Positions 30,882 to 40,234 of a stretch of DNA of 64,000 nucleotides are shown one piece after another. Location of the stretch: contig JANXBD010000002.1 in assembly GCA_025057635.1 (NCBI GenBank), positions 5,517-69,516 on the forward strand, read 5' to 3'. The stretch comes from Thermoflexus sp. (GTDB lineage: Bacteria > Chloroflexota > Anaerolineae > Thermoflexales > Thermoflexaceae). Both the position numbers and the translations under genes were made by a program. The notes below the pieces were generated by a model, which saw only the letters and a program-made list of their open reading frames with translations, searched no databases and was not told where the DNA came from. The stretch's first letter is position 1. Every line of letters begins with the position of its first letter.

Positions 30882-31712
30882 TCAGGGGTTAATGTTACTG
30901 CCGTTCTCGATCCCTAGCCGTATCAGAGCATTCCGGGCCGCCTCCCGGCTTGCTTCCCGTTTGCTGGTTCCCTGGCCCTCCCCTACCACCTCATCGCCGA
31001 TCAAGACCTGAACCGTGAAACGGGCCGCGTGGGGAGGGCCTTCCACCGCGACCACCCGGTAGATCGGCGTTTTGCCCCGGACGGCCTGGCTCCAGTGCTG
31101 CAGGCGTCCTTTCGGGTCATGCCACTCTAGATCCCTTAGGGCCTGATCCACTGCCTCGGGGAGCAGTTGGCCCATCAGGCGTTCTACTGCTAACAGTCCT
31201 CCGTCGAGATATAAGGCTCCCAGCAATCCCTCCAGGGCATCTGCTAGTACTGAAGGGCGGGTTCGGACGTTTTCGGTTTCCCCTTTCCCTAAACGAAGCC
31301 AGCGGCTCAGTTCCAGCATCTCCGCCCAGGCGGCCAGCCGCTCCATGCGGATCAGGGCCGTCCGCAGTTCGCTTAGACGCCCCTCAGACCAGTCCGGAAA
31401 TCGGCGGAACAGATCCGTGCTGACCACCAGTTGAAGAACTGCATCCCCCAGAAATTCCAGCCTTTCGTTGTCGCGGATTCCCTCATCCGGATGCTCGTTG
31501 ACATAGGACCGGTGGGTCAGGGCCTCTATGAGGAGTGCTCGATTCCGGAAGGACCAGCCTAGCCGCTTCTCTAGGAGTAAAAGGGACTCTTCGGAATCTT
31601 CGGAAGAGGAAACCTGGGACGAAGGGGGAGGGAACCCGCGAGGGGCGCGTTCTTCTTGCTTTTCTTGGAGACGCCCCCAAAGGCGTCCGATTCGAATCCA
31701 CCAGTTCCCCAT
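30882..31712 (-). CDS. rnc: Ribonuclease III
   Basis: ALTHRS, NERLEFLGDAVL, C-terminal dsRBD. Confidence 0.96.
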   Translation of the reverse strand: MGNWWIRIGRLWGRLQEKQEERAPRGFPPPSSQVSSSEDSEESLLLLEKRLGWSFRNRALLIEALTHRSYVNEHPDEGIRDNERLEFLGDAVLQLVVSTDLFRRFPDWSEGRLSELRTALIRMERLAAWAEMLELSRWLRLGKGETENVRTRPSVLADALEGLLGALYLDGGLLAVERLMGQLLPEAVDQALRDLEWHDPKGRLQHWSQAVRGKTPIYRVVAVEGPPHAARFTVQVLIGDEVVGEGQGTSKREASREAARNALIRLGIENGSNINP

Positions 31713-32034
31713 CGGACATTTCCCTCAAGGAAGGATGAGGAACGCGAATCGAAAATCTCCTCCTCGGAGTTTCCCTTCATCTCACCACCAGGTTGATCCT
31801 TCCCCGAGGGTTTGAGGTGGGGCAGGCCTCTACGCAACAGCCCGACCCACCTCAAACCCCCGTTCCCTGTGGCTCGAAGGGCGCATTCGATCCTCACGGC
31901 ATGATTCTAACGCTATCGTCCTTGTGCGGAGTAACGCTTTGACTTCTAACCGAATAAAGGCGCTATAGCGGTGGCTCTCTTCCAACAGCTCCCCAAAGCC
32001 CCTTTTAGCGAATTCACCCATAGGTGTATTTCTC

Positions 32035-32067
32035 AAAACAAAAGGGGCAGATCATAGATCTGCCCCT
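32035..32067 (-). terminator. Intrinsic terminator after tRNA-Gly
   Basis: AGGGGCAGATC-3 nt-GATCTGCCCCT stem followed by a U-rich run on the minus strand. Confidence 0.85.
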
Positions 32068-32070
32068 CAA

Positions 32071-32146
32071 TGGAGCGGGCGACGGGATTCGAACCCGCGG
32101 CCTTTGGCTTGGGAAGCCAACGCTCTACCACCTGAGCTACGCCCGC
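32071..32146 (-). tRNA. tRNA-Gly (CCC)
   Basis: Reverse complement GCGGGCGTAGCTCAGGTGGTAGAGC...TTCCCAA...GGTTCGAATCCC...CCCGCTCCA, 76 nt, CCA encoded. Confidence 0.97.
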
Positions 32147-32165
32147 TCGCCTTTATCTATAATTT

Positions 32166-32194
32166 AATTTAATGGGTCCAGGCGGCCTTGTCAA
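32166..32194 (-). promoter_or_regulatory. Sigma70-type promoter of tRNA-Gly
   Basis: TTGACA-17 nt-TAAATT on the minus strand. Confidence 0.7.
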
Positions 32195-32423
32195 ATCCAC
32201 TATTCTCCCTCGGTAGGCCACGGAACGTCCCAAGGGTTGCAACGGGAACATTCTAGAACCCGTCCGAAAAGCCAGCTCCTGTCGCCCTATTGGGCACACC
32301 TTGGCGAAGCCGGCAGGTTCCCTCTTCTTTTCGTTTACCTCCTATGGCCCGAAGGGCCATAGAGGAGGAGATTTCGGGAGTAGGCAGGCTGTCGAAGGGG
32401 ACGCCACCCCTATCGCGCGAGGG

Positions 32424-32460
32424 GCCAGCATAGGGGCACCTTAAGCGCCCCTATGCTGGC
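32424..32460. terminator. Strong hairpin downstream of the DUF2892 gene
   Basis: GCCAGCATAGGGGC-9 nt-GCCCCTATGCTGGC, 14-bp perfect stem. Confidence 0.6.
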
Positions 32461-32502
32461 TGAATCCTTCAGCCGTCTAGAGGATCCGAAGTGGAAAGAG
32501 GT

Positions 32503-32700
32503 TCAGCGCTTCGTCCGAAAGCCAACGAGGGAGTAGAGCGGGCACCAGCCCATCAGCGAGGTGAGGATGAGGACCACGCCGACGATGGCGAGGATGATGC
32601 CCAGGGTGTTGAAGCGAAGGACGAAGGTCGAGATCAGGATGAACACTGCCGCTACAACCAACCGAACAATTCGATCCCAACCCGCCACGTTCAGCGTCAT
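32503..32700 (-). CDS. DUF2892 (YgaP-like) small membrane protein
   Basis: NVAGWDRIVR...GWCPLYSLVG, GGAGG RBS. Confidence 0.88.
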   Translation of the reverse strand: MTLNVAGWDRIVRLVVAAVFILISTFVLRFNTLGIILAIVGVVLILTSLMGWCPLYSLVGFRTKR

Positions 32701-32808
32701 GGCTTGCCTCCCTTTGAAATGAGTTAAGATGGAAAAATCTCTTGCCCCAAAATCCCAAAAGGATCCGAAGTGAACATCCGGGTGGTGATGCCTCGTTTCA
32801 CTGCTTTC

Positions 32809-33543
32809 TTAGCGGTGAGGATGGCGGTGATGATAGACATGAGCGCCGTCAAGCTCATAGCGCATCCGCTCCCAGGCTGCTCGAGCTTGCGCCATCGCTT
32901 GAGGATCGGTTACCTTCAGAAGCTCGTTGATAAAATATCCCTCCGGCATAGCGCCTTCGATACGGATGACCTCGTTGATTACCGTGCAGGGGACTCCGTA
33001 GACTCCATAGTAATCCGCCAGCTTCGGGAACTCCATGGCCTCAACCATGTCCGCACGGATCCATGGGCTCTCCATGGCTGCCTGGTGAGCCAGCCGCACC
33101 ATTCGCGGGCAGTAGGGGCAGGTCGGCGTGACGAAAACCTGAATATGAACCGGCGTCTGGATCTGCGCCAGACGCTTGCGGCTGGATGGTGAGAGCCCCG
33201 AATCTCGATTGCCCACCATGCGGATGTCCTCGATCATGGAGCTGAACTCGTATCCCGATGGGATCCCGAAGTAGCGGATGCCATAATCCTGGTCCCCCTC
33301 AATCACGACCGCTGGTGCCTTATCGATGCCGTATCGTTCCGCGATCTCCCGATCGGCGATCCGGTTATAGACTTCCATTGTGATCTGATTCGAGAGGGCA
33401 GCTACCTCTTCAATGAGCTGCTGGGTCTCCCGGCAATATATACAATCCAGATTCTGCGTGAAGACGAGAAGCCGAACGGGGTTTTTCAAGTCCGCCAGCA
33501 GCCGTCGAACTTCCTCACGGGTGTGCGTATCCAGCAACGCCAT
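32809..33543 (-). CDS. Protein disulfide oxidoreductase (tandem thioredoxin folds, AhpF-N/PDO type)
   Basis: CIYC and CPYC, GIPSGYEF, His-rich tail. Confidence 0.9.
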   Translation of the reverse strand: MALLDTHTREEVRRLLADLKNPVRLLVFTQNLDCIYCRETQQLIEEVAALSNQITMEVYNRIADREIAERYGIDKAPAVVIEGDQDYGIRYFGIPSGYEFSSMIEDIRMVGNRDSGLSPSSRKRLAQIQTPVHIQVFVTPTCPYCPRMVRLAHQAAMESPWIRADMVEAMEFPKLADYYGVYGVPCTVINEVIRIEGAMPEGYFINELLKVTDPQAMAQARAAWERMRYELDGAHVYHHRHPHR

Positions 33544-33816
33544 ACGCATCTCCTCCCATGGCAAAGATCTGGAGGGCTCCGGTCGTCGGCCTCTTCCTAA
33601 GGGGTCTAGAGGAGCTGGCTGAGAGCCCATCCCCTTTCCCCAGTCGGAGGGCCCGATGACGCAGACCATTGCCCTTCACTTCCTTAGATGCAGCAGGCGC
33701 GACAAAGTGACACATGGCTCTGTTTGAGCCCCGAGTCATCGCTAAGGAAATCCCCGGGTCCTCGCTAGGAATCACGCCTTGCGTCATGCGCGCCTTGCGT
33801 TATAATAAGATCGCAA

Positions 33817-34202
33817 GGGGGCGAAAAGGGCTCGACGGGGGAGGCAGATCATCGGTGGCAGGTCGGGGCCGCTCGGACCCCGTGAACAACCCGGGCGAAC
33901 AATAAGTGCCAACCGCAACTATGCGGCTCTCCCGCTGGCCGCCTAAGCCAGCGTGAGGGAACGGTTCCTCCGATGAGGGAGCCCGCTCGACCGGACCCAT
34001 CGCCGACGGGGCTGGATCGGGTGTGACAAAGTCGGCGTGCGGCGGCCCGGCGCCCCGAAAGGCTGCCTAAGACGGAAGGGGCTGGCTGGCTGGGGACCTT
34101 GCCGGTCGGAGGACCGGCTGGCGAGACAGGAAAACCGGATAAGCCTGTAGGCACCGATGGTCGAATCTTCCGGACGCGGGTTCGATTCCCGCCGCCTCCA
34201 CC
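33817..34202 (+). ncRNA. ssrA: tmRNA, tag peptide ANRNYAALPLAA (33908-33946)
   Basis: 5' GGGGGCGAAA..CTCGACGGGG, 3' GACGCGGGTTCGATTCCCGCCGCCTCCA, tag ending LAA-stop, TATAAT at 33801. Confidence 0.96.
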
Positions 34203-34208
34203 TACGCT

Positions 34209-34254
34209 GAAGTGGGCGGGGTCTTGGAATGGCACCTCGCCCACTTCGCGTTTA
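34209..34254 (+). terminator. Terminator-like hairpin after ssrA
   Basis: GAAGTGGGCG...CGCCCACTTC followed by GCGTTTA. Confidence 0.6.
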
Positions 34255-34631
34255 TGATCGACGAGGGAGTTACACAGAGGGAAGCATAGATTTTTAGGAA
34301 GAAGATCACGCGGCCTTCCCCATCTCAAGGGGAAACCCATCATGCCACTTCTTTGAGGAGAAACTAAGGGGTTTAGGTTAAGGAAGGATGAGGGCTAATC
34401 GAGGATAATTCTGTCGAGCCCATTTGAATCCGCCTTCTTGGGAAACGTTCATAGAGTGACCGGACGACTTCGGCTTCACATGCATGGTTTTCTTGCTTCC
34501 CTCTGTCGCCCTCTGAGTGGAGAGGAAGGGAGTCCGGATAGAGCCCAGCCTTCCCCTTGACCCTCTGAGGCTTGATTCATTCTCCGGATAAGCCCTTCGA
34601 GTCCCGAGAGAGCCGGGCCAGCTGAGGCGCG

Positions 34632-35807
34632 ATGGGTGCTACGGATTACTACGTCTGGCGGGAATTCGAGGATCACATCCGCGGTGAGCGAATCCGCTGG
34701 GCGGGGAAGCCAGGCCTAGAAATCTGGAGTCGTGTCGATCCCGGGGTTGCCCTGATCGCCCAGGTGATGGAGATCAGCTCGGAAGATCATGTGCTCGACC
34801 TGAACTGTGGGGTAGGATGGCTGGGGGTGTTAGCGGCTCGACGCACCTCCGGTCGGATCTTCCTGGCCAGCGACCACGGATTGGCGGTGGAAGCCACCCG
34901 GCGCACAATGGCGATGAACGGCCTCGAAGGATGTGCTTGCATCCTCCACGGCGATGGCTACCCCCTTCTGGAGCCCGGGACCTTCGATGTGGTCTTTTTG
35001 AACATCCCCAAAGGCAAGGAGACCGCTCAGCGTTTGGTGCGTCTTGCGGCCTGGGCCCTCAAGCCCGGAGGGCGGCTTTACCTAGCCGGGCCGAAACGGG
35101 GTGGGATCGAGAGCCTCATACGGTATGTTCGAGATCTCTTCGGCCGAGCTCCAGTATGGGCCTACGGAAGCGGTTACCGCGTGGCGGTAGCCGACCGCCC
35201 CGCGCATCTGGACATCGAGCCGCCCGGGGATGATTTCGTCGAACGGGAGGCGGTCGTTCGGGACTGCGTCTGGCGCTTTGTCACCCGTCCTGGCCTGTTC
35301 TCGTGGTCTGCCCTGGATGAGGGGACCCGACATCTTATCGAGCAGATGGAAATCGGCCCGGAGGATCACGTCCTAGACCTGGGGTGCGGATATGGGATCG
35401 TAGGGGTGATCGCTGGCCATGAAGCGCGAAAGGGGCGGGTGGTCATGGTCGATATCAGCGCCGCTGCCTTAGAGGCAAGCCGCCGCACCCTGGCCCTCTA
35501 TTCCATGCCCCATGTGGAGATCCGCCTCAGCGACGTGATCGACGGAGTGCGCCGTGAACGGTTCGATGTCGTGGTGACCAATCCGCCGATCCATCAGGGC
35601 TTTGGCGTCGAACGGGAAGTAGCCATACAGTTCGTATATGATGCCCTTTCCGTGCTACGCCCTGGAGGACGGCTCTATCTGGTCGGGGCAGTGGTGCTGC
35701 CTTATCGCACGATCATCGAACAGGTCTTTGGGAATGTGGAAATCCTGTTTGATGATCATCACTATCGAGTTTACCGAGCGGTTCATAAGCCCCGTCGGCT
35801 CCGATAG
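34632..35807 (+). CDS. RsmC/RlmG-like two-domain class I SAM methyltransferase
   Basis: VLDLNCGVG and VLDLGCGYG, PGLFS..LDEGT, VTNPPIHQG. Confidence 0.88.
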   Translation: MGATDYYVWREFEDHIRGERIRWAGKPGLEIWSRVDPGVALIAQVMEISSEDHVLDLNCGVGWLGVLAARRTSGRIFLASDHGLAVEATRRTMAMNGLEGCACILHGDGYPLLEPGTFDVVFLNIPKGKETAQRLVRLAAWALKPGGRLYLAGPKRGGIESLIRYVRDLFGRAPVWAYGSGYRVAVADRPAHLDIEPPGDDFVEREAVVRDCVWRFVTRPGLFSWSALDEGTRHLIEQMEIGPEDHVLDLGCGYGIVGVIAGHEARKGRVVMVDISAAALEASRRTLALYSMPHVEIRLSDVIDGVRRERFDVVVTNPPIHQGFGVEREVAIQFVYDALSVLRPGGRLYLVGAVVLPYRTIIEQVFGNVEILFDDHHYRVYRAVHKPRRLR

Positions 35808-36105
35808 AAATCGCAGAACTGTTTGGTCTTGACCCCAAATTCCCTCACGCAATCTTCCAAAGGGACGGATATATAACTTACCCATACGGGCCGTGCACCC
35901 AGCCCTCTAAGCCTTCTATTTTTTAATTAGTTCCTCTAAATTTAAATTAGTCCCTCCCCACTGCCTCAGGTCGTGGGGAGGGGAAAGTTCAATCGCTTGG
36001 AGGCGGGAAATCCTGTCAGCCCCAGATTTCCCTGTAGGTAAAGAAATCGCGAGTTCATCCAAAGTCCAGCGAATTTGATAATCCCTCACTTTTAAACCGG
36101 CTTCG

Positions 36106-36134
36106 TTGACATTTTTCCTGACTTCAGTTATGCT
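36106..36134 (+). promoter_or_regulatory. Sigma70-type promoter upstream of the HTH regulator
   Basis: TTGACA-17 nt-TATGCT. Confidence 0.65.
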
Positions 36135-36226
36135 TCTCCATGGGGAGAAGGGCTGGTTGGAGTGGTCGGCGATGGGCGCATATATGGGAGATCTCAGCCT
36201 TCCAAATATCATCCAGGAGGTGGCCC

Positions 36227-36823
36227 ATGCAGACCACGCGAGCCCGCATCCTGCAGATTCTGCGCGAAAAAGGAGAAGCCACTGCTATCGAACTGGCCAT
36301 CCAACTCGGCCTCCGAGCGGTGACAGTTCGACATCACCTCCGGGTGCTTCGAGAAGATGGCCTAATCCGCGAAGCTTGCACGCTCCGCAATCGACGTGGT
36401 CGTCCGCGCCTCGTTTTTACCCTCACTGAGGCTGCGAACCGTTTATTTCCCCGAAATTATGAAGGGCTAGTCCGCCATCTGCTTCCGGTTGCCTTGTCCT
36501 CGGACGACATCCGTCAGGTTGCCCAGAGCATAGGTAAAGAGGCCAACCTTCATAGTCTGAGCGGTCTGGCCCGGCTGTCCGCTGCTATCTCCTTTCTAAA
36601 TGAAAAGGGCTACCTAGCTCGGCTAGAGACCTGTGGGAACGAGCCAGTCTGGATAGAGATTCGGAACTGTCCCTATCTGGAGGTGGCCCGAGAACGAAGG
36701 GAGCTTTGTGCCCTGGATACCGCGTTGATGGAGGAGCTGCTGGGAACACCTGTCGAGCGGATTTCATGTATCGTCCGCGGTGATTCTGCTTGTCGATATC
36801 GTCTCTCTGTCGAAGCCCCTTGA
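36227..36823 (+). CDS. SufR/ArsR-like winged-helix regulator with C-terminal Cys cluster
   Basis: TVRHHL..L..DGL, RGRP, FPRNY, NCPY..ELC..SC..AC. GGAGG RBS. Confidence 0.85.
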   Translation: MQTTRARILQILREKGEATAIELAIQLGLRAVTVRHHLRVLREDGLIREACTLRNRRGRPRLVFTLTEAANRLFPRNYEGLVRHLLPVALSSDDIRQVAQSIGKEANLHSLSGLARLSAAISFLNEKGYLARLETCGNEPVWIEIRNCPYLEVARERRELCALDTALMEELLGTPVERISCIVRGDSACRYRLSVEAP

Positions 36824-37076
36824 GATGTTTTGTAGGAGCGAGGCGCGAAGGGCACGCGCAGACTGAGCCGCGACGGGCATTGGACGGATTGATAGGAGAT
36901 ACTCTCCACACGTAGTGATCTGTTTGTATCTATATTACGAAGGCTTGGATGGGGACGAGACATGGAAAACGCTTGGTCTGTGTTTCTCCAGGGTAGGCTG
37001 TGAACCACGCCTTGAAGGCTCTGATCCTAACGGGTTGACCTACGATCGAAAAATTATGGCCCGCTTGCGCCGGCTC

Positions 37077-38387
37077 TCAGAGGTCAAGGGCCTGGATGGC
37101 CGTTGCCTCGAGCCCGAAGCGCCGAAGCAACAAGGGGATCAGGATCACGCCCAAGGTGTTCAGGCGGCGGCTTCCTGTGAGGATTGGCAACCATCCAAGG
37201 CCCGTAGCGGCCAGAAGGGCGCAGATTGCTGGAAATCCTCCTAAAAGACCGATGCTGATCAAGATCAGCCCGAGCGCTGCTCCATAGACCCACCGCCAGG
37301 CTGGATTCATCGACCACACCTGCATCCTCTGGGCCATAGGTCCTAGAAGTCCGAAGGCAACCGCTCCGGCTAATCCAGTGGCCCAAACGACGGTCTGAAA
37401 CCGCGAGGGTGTGGCGGGCCCAACCCATGGGGCGAGCATCCCGCTGAGCCCACCTCGCGTCGTAGGGGCATCTGGAATGGTGAGCAACCAGAAGCTTCCG
37501 ATAACGTATAAGGCACGAGCCGCTCCCTGGGAAACCAGGAAAGCCCGATCATCCCGTTGAGCTGTGGCATGTCCTGCTAGCAATCCGCCGATGCCTGCGG
37601 TCACACCGGGGAAGATCACGGCAAAAGCCCCGCCTAGGATTCCTGCGCCCATCCCTCTTGCCCAGATCCCGAAGGTCAGTGGTTCGCTAGGCGCACACAC
37701 CCTCGAGGGCCGAGAGCCCCACACGCCCTGCATTAGCCCAGGGACAGCGAACAGACCCAGGAAGGCGGGAAGCAACGGCTGATGGGCGAGAGGGCCATGG
37801 AGGGGATTCCGAGATAGGAGTAGAACTCCCAGTAATCCAGAGAGGCCAAAGGTCAATAGACCGGCTCCTAGGCGCAGCCAGACCGCCTGCAATCGCTGAA
37901 GTGGGTTGGGGAGTCGTTCATAACCCCAGGGCCATTCCGAAAGCAGCATGAAGGCTACGATGGCCAGTAGAAGCCAGCTCATATGAGGCGTGAGCACGGC
38001 TCGGAATGTCGCCCATCCACGAGGCCAGAGGACAGCGGAGAGCAACATCGCTAGCACGGCTCCCCATGCCCCCCATGCAGACCACCAGACCGCCTCGAGA
38101 GCCCATCCCTCCCGAAGCGCTTTCTGCGCCGGTAGCAGCAAGCCGGCCGCTCCTTCATCGGGGGTCTGATAGAACACCGCCGGGGCCAGGTGGAAGAACG
38201 CATATCCTACTGCGACGCCAACTCCCAGCCCCAATCCGAGATCCTCCGGGAAAGACCACCATTCCCATTGAAGGCCAAAGGTCACAACCGCGACCAGATT
38301 ATATGGATGAAGGCCAGGAATGAGAGCGCTCAGCCCGCTGATCCCTAGGCCGATTCCTATCCCTAGAATGGTTTCGTGGGGCAACAC
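37077..38387 (-). CDS. TctA-like (archaeal DUF112-type) multi-pass permease
   Basis: ALIPGLHPYN, LLPAQ, LLPAFLGLFAVP, FPGVT. GTG start after AAGGAG. Confidence 0.7.
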   Translation of the reverse strand: MLPHETILGIGIGLGISGLSALIPGLHPYNLVAVVTFGLQWEWWSFPEDLGLGLGVGVAVGYAFFHLAPAVFYQTPDEGAAGLLLPAQKALREGWALEAVWWSAWGAWGAVLAMLLSAVLWPRGWATFRAVLTPHMSWLLLAIVAFMLLSEWPWGYERLPNPLQRLQAVWLRLGAGLLTFGLSGLLGVLLLSRNPLHGPLAHQPLLPAFLGLFAVPGLMQGVWGSRPSRVCAPSEPLTFGIWARGMGAGILGGAFAVIFPGVTAGIGGLLAGHATAQRDDRAFLVSQGAARALYVIGSFWLLTIPDAPTTRGGLSGMLAPWVGPATPSRFQTVVWATGLAGAVAFGLLGPMAQRMQVWSMNPAWRWVYGAALGLILISIGLLGGFPAICALLAATGLGWLPILTGSRRLNTLGVILIPLLLRRFGLEATAIQALDL

Positions 38388-38541
38388 GCTGGAATCTCCT
38401 TTTTCGGGATCACGCCCTGACGAGGGCAACCTCCGTGGTTGCCCGTATGAACGATGCGGTGCCTCGGGCATTTTGTATTTGTATTTGTAGGGGTAGGCCC
38501 CCATGCCCACCCCCAATCGGGGCCACCACAGCCCCATCGAC

Positions 38542-39132
38542 TTACTCCGGGGATTGAGCCTGAACCCAGCCGGTTTCCGTAAGGATCCACTGAACCCGCC
38601 CATCCGTCGGGGTATGGGGGAGGGTGTCGATCAGAAAACGGGCGTGGGTGACTCCGACGGTTATCCCTTTCAAGCGGGGCAGCAGGCGATCGAAATACCC
38701 ACCTCCATAGCCCAGCCGGAAACCATAACCGTCGAAGGCCACGCCGGGGATGAAGGCCAGCTCGATCTCCTCCGGATCCACAAGCGGGCACTCCGGTGCA
38801 GGTTCCAGCATGCCATACTGGTGTCGTTGCAGCGCACCGGGTTGGTAAAGGTGTAACGCCAGCTCTCCAGGGGCGACCATCCGCGGCAACACCCAGCGTT
38901 TCTTTGGGTAATCCCCAAAGAGGGGCGTCAGATCGATTTCGTTCCGGAACGCCATATAAGCAAGCACGGTGTGGGCCGCGTGGAAGGGCGGCCAGGCTTC
39001 CACGTGACGTCGGATCCTCTCACCCGCTGCGGCGACCATCTCGGGGGGAAGGGCCATCCGCTCCCTCAGCCACTGCGCCCGCAGCGCACGCTTGATCGCC
39101 TGGATGGATTCCGGTGGAGGAAACGAGCCCAT
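38542..39132 (-). CDS. 5-formyltetrahydrofolate cyclo-ligase
   Basis: KRALR, YMAFRNEID, IPGVAFD..GFRLGYGGGYFDRLL. Confidence 0.95.
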   Translation of the reverse strand: MGSFPPPESIQAIKRALRAQWLRERMALPPEMVAAAGERIRRHVEAWPPFHAAHTVLAYMAFRNEIDLTPLFGDYPKKRWVLPRMVAPGELALHLYQPGALQRHQYGMLEPAPECPLVDPEEIELAFIPGVAFDGYGFRLGYGGGYFDRLLPRLKGITVGVTHARFLIDTLPHTPTDGRVQWILTETGWVQAQSPE

Positions 39133-39147
39133 TGGGGACTGAGCTCC

Positions 39148-39906
39148 CTATTCGACCGGGAAACGAGCGGCGACTTCCTGCAGCCACTGCTCGACAGCCT
39201 CCCGTGCCGCCTCCTGGAAATCCATTCGGGGGGAAGCATAGAGAATCGGATCCCCTACGAAGACGACCGCCGGGGGCGGCCAGGAGGCCGCCGGGGAGAG
39301 CCTGGATGGATGCGTCACATCCAGCGCGATCCAGGGGAGGTCCTCGGGATCCCCGGCAGAGATCCCCTCGAAGGCGCTGATGGCCAGGCCGGCTGGGATT
39401 CCCTGAGCGCGTGCGGTTCGCGCGTGTCGACAGGCCTGCTGGAAATCTCCGGCTTCACCAACCCACCAGAAGACGGCTCCGCCCCGATGAGCGGCGAAAG
39501 CACGTGCGGCCTCCGCCGGGAACTCCGGCGCCACCGTCACCGCGTCGGCTCCCCAGACCTCGAAAGCGGCCCGCGCGCAACGCTTCATAGAGCCTGGATC
39601 CCGCCACCGCAGATCCAACAGGAGCGGAAGGTTGTTGGGCAGGTAGCGCATCAATCGCTCCATGGCCACCATGCCGGCGGCCCCTTCGGCCAAGAACCAC
39701 ATCATCGGAATCGCGTAGGCACAAACCCGCTGGCCCACAGCATCCACGATGATCCGGCCGAACGGGAAGATCGGATTATCCACCGGTAGCATCGGTGCCG
39801 GCATGCGATCCATCCGGATCGAAAGCGCCAGCCCCAGACGGGTTCGATGCACCTGATGGCCCCTGCGGAGCTTCCCCCAGAAATCCGGATGTCCCGGCAG
39901 CGCCAT
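39148..39906 (-). CDS. Degenerate OMP decarboxylase (PyrF)-like protein
   Basis: VCAY.., EGAAGMVAME, LLLDLRWRD and WGADAVTV match the PyrF scaffold, but catalytic residues are altered. Confidence 0.65.
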   Translation of the reverse strand: MALPGHPDFWGKLRRGHQVHRTRLGLALSIRMDRMPAPMLPVDNPIFPFGRIIVDAVGQRVCAYAIPMMWFLAEGAAGMVAMERLMRYLPNNLPLLLDLRWRDPGSMKRCARAAFEVWGADAVTVAPEFPAEAARAFAAHRGGAVFWWVGEAGDFQQACRHARTARAQGIPAGLAISAFEGISAGDPEDLPWIALDVTHPSRLSPAASWPPPAVVFVGDPILYASPRMDFQEAAREAVEQWLQEVAARFPVE

Positions 39907-40234
39907 GCGCTCCTCCCTCCGGTGCAATCTCCAACGCGATCACACCTAGCGCTTCCTTTTCGGGAGGATAGAGCCTTCGGAGGGCTTCCAGCAACTGTGC
40001 CGGCGTCCAGCCCGGCGCGATAGCGGCGGGATCCTCATGGGCTAGCAGCTCCTCGAAATCCCGATAACGAGCGATGCGGCGGATGACAAATAGATGTTGG
40101 CCATTCAATTGCAGACGATCCCCTGGGCTCAGACGGGTGAGGTTTGGATAGGCGACCCGCACTTCGATAGTTTTGCGGCCCATAAGAATCCACCGAAGGG
40201 GTTCTTCCCGAACCCACAATATCTTCACCCGCAT
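39776..40234 (-). CDS. ASCH domain protein
   Basis: GRKTIEVR (GxKxxExR), PGDRL, YRDFEELL, YPPEKEALGVIALEI. Confidence 0.88.
   Translation of the reverse strand: MRVKILWVREEPLRWILMGRKTIEVRVAYPNLTRLSPGDRLQLNGQHLFVIRRIARYRDFEELLAHEDPAAIAPGWTPAQLLEALRRLYPPEKEALGVIALEIAPEGGAHGAAGTSGFLGEAPQGPSGASNPSGAGAFDPDGSHAGTDATGG

Noticed and set aside
34203-34631. Possible island integrated at ssrA or tRNA-Gly
   Set aside because: No integrase and no duplicated 3' end seen; flanking genes are housekeeping
38417-38450. Hammerhead-like CTGACGA + stem II on the plus strand
   Set aside because: The stem is followed by GTAT rather than GAAA, and no stems I/III can be formed
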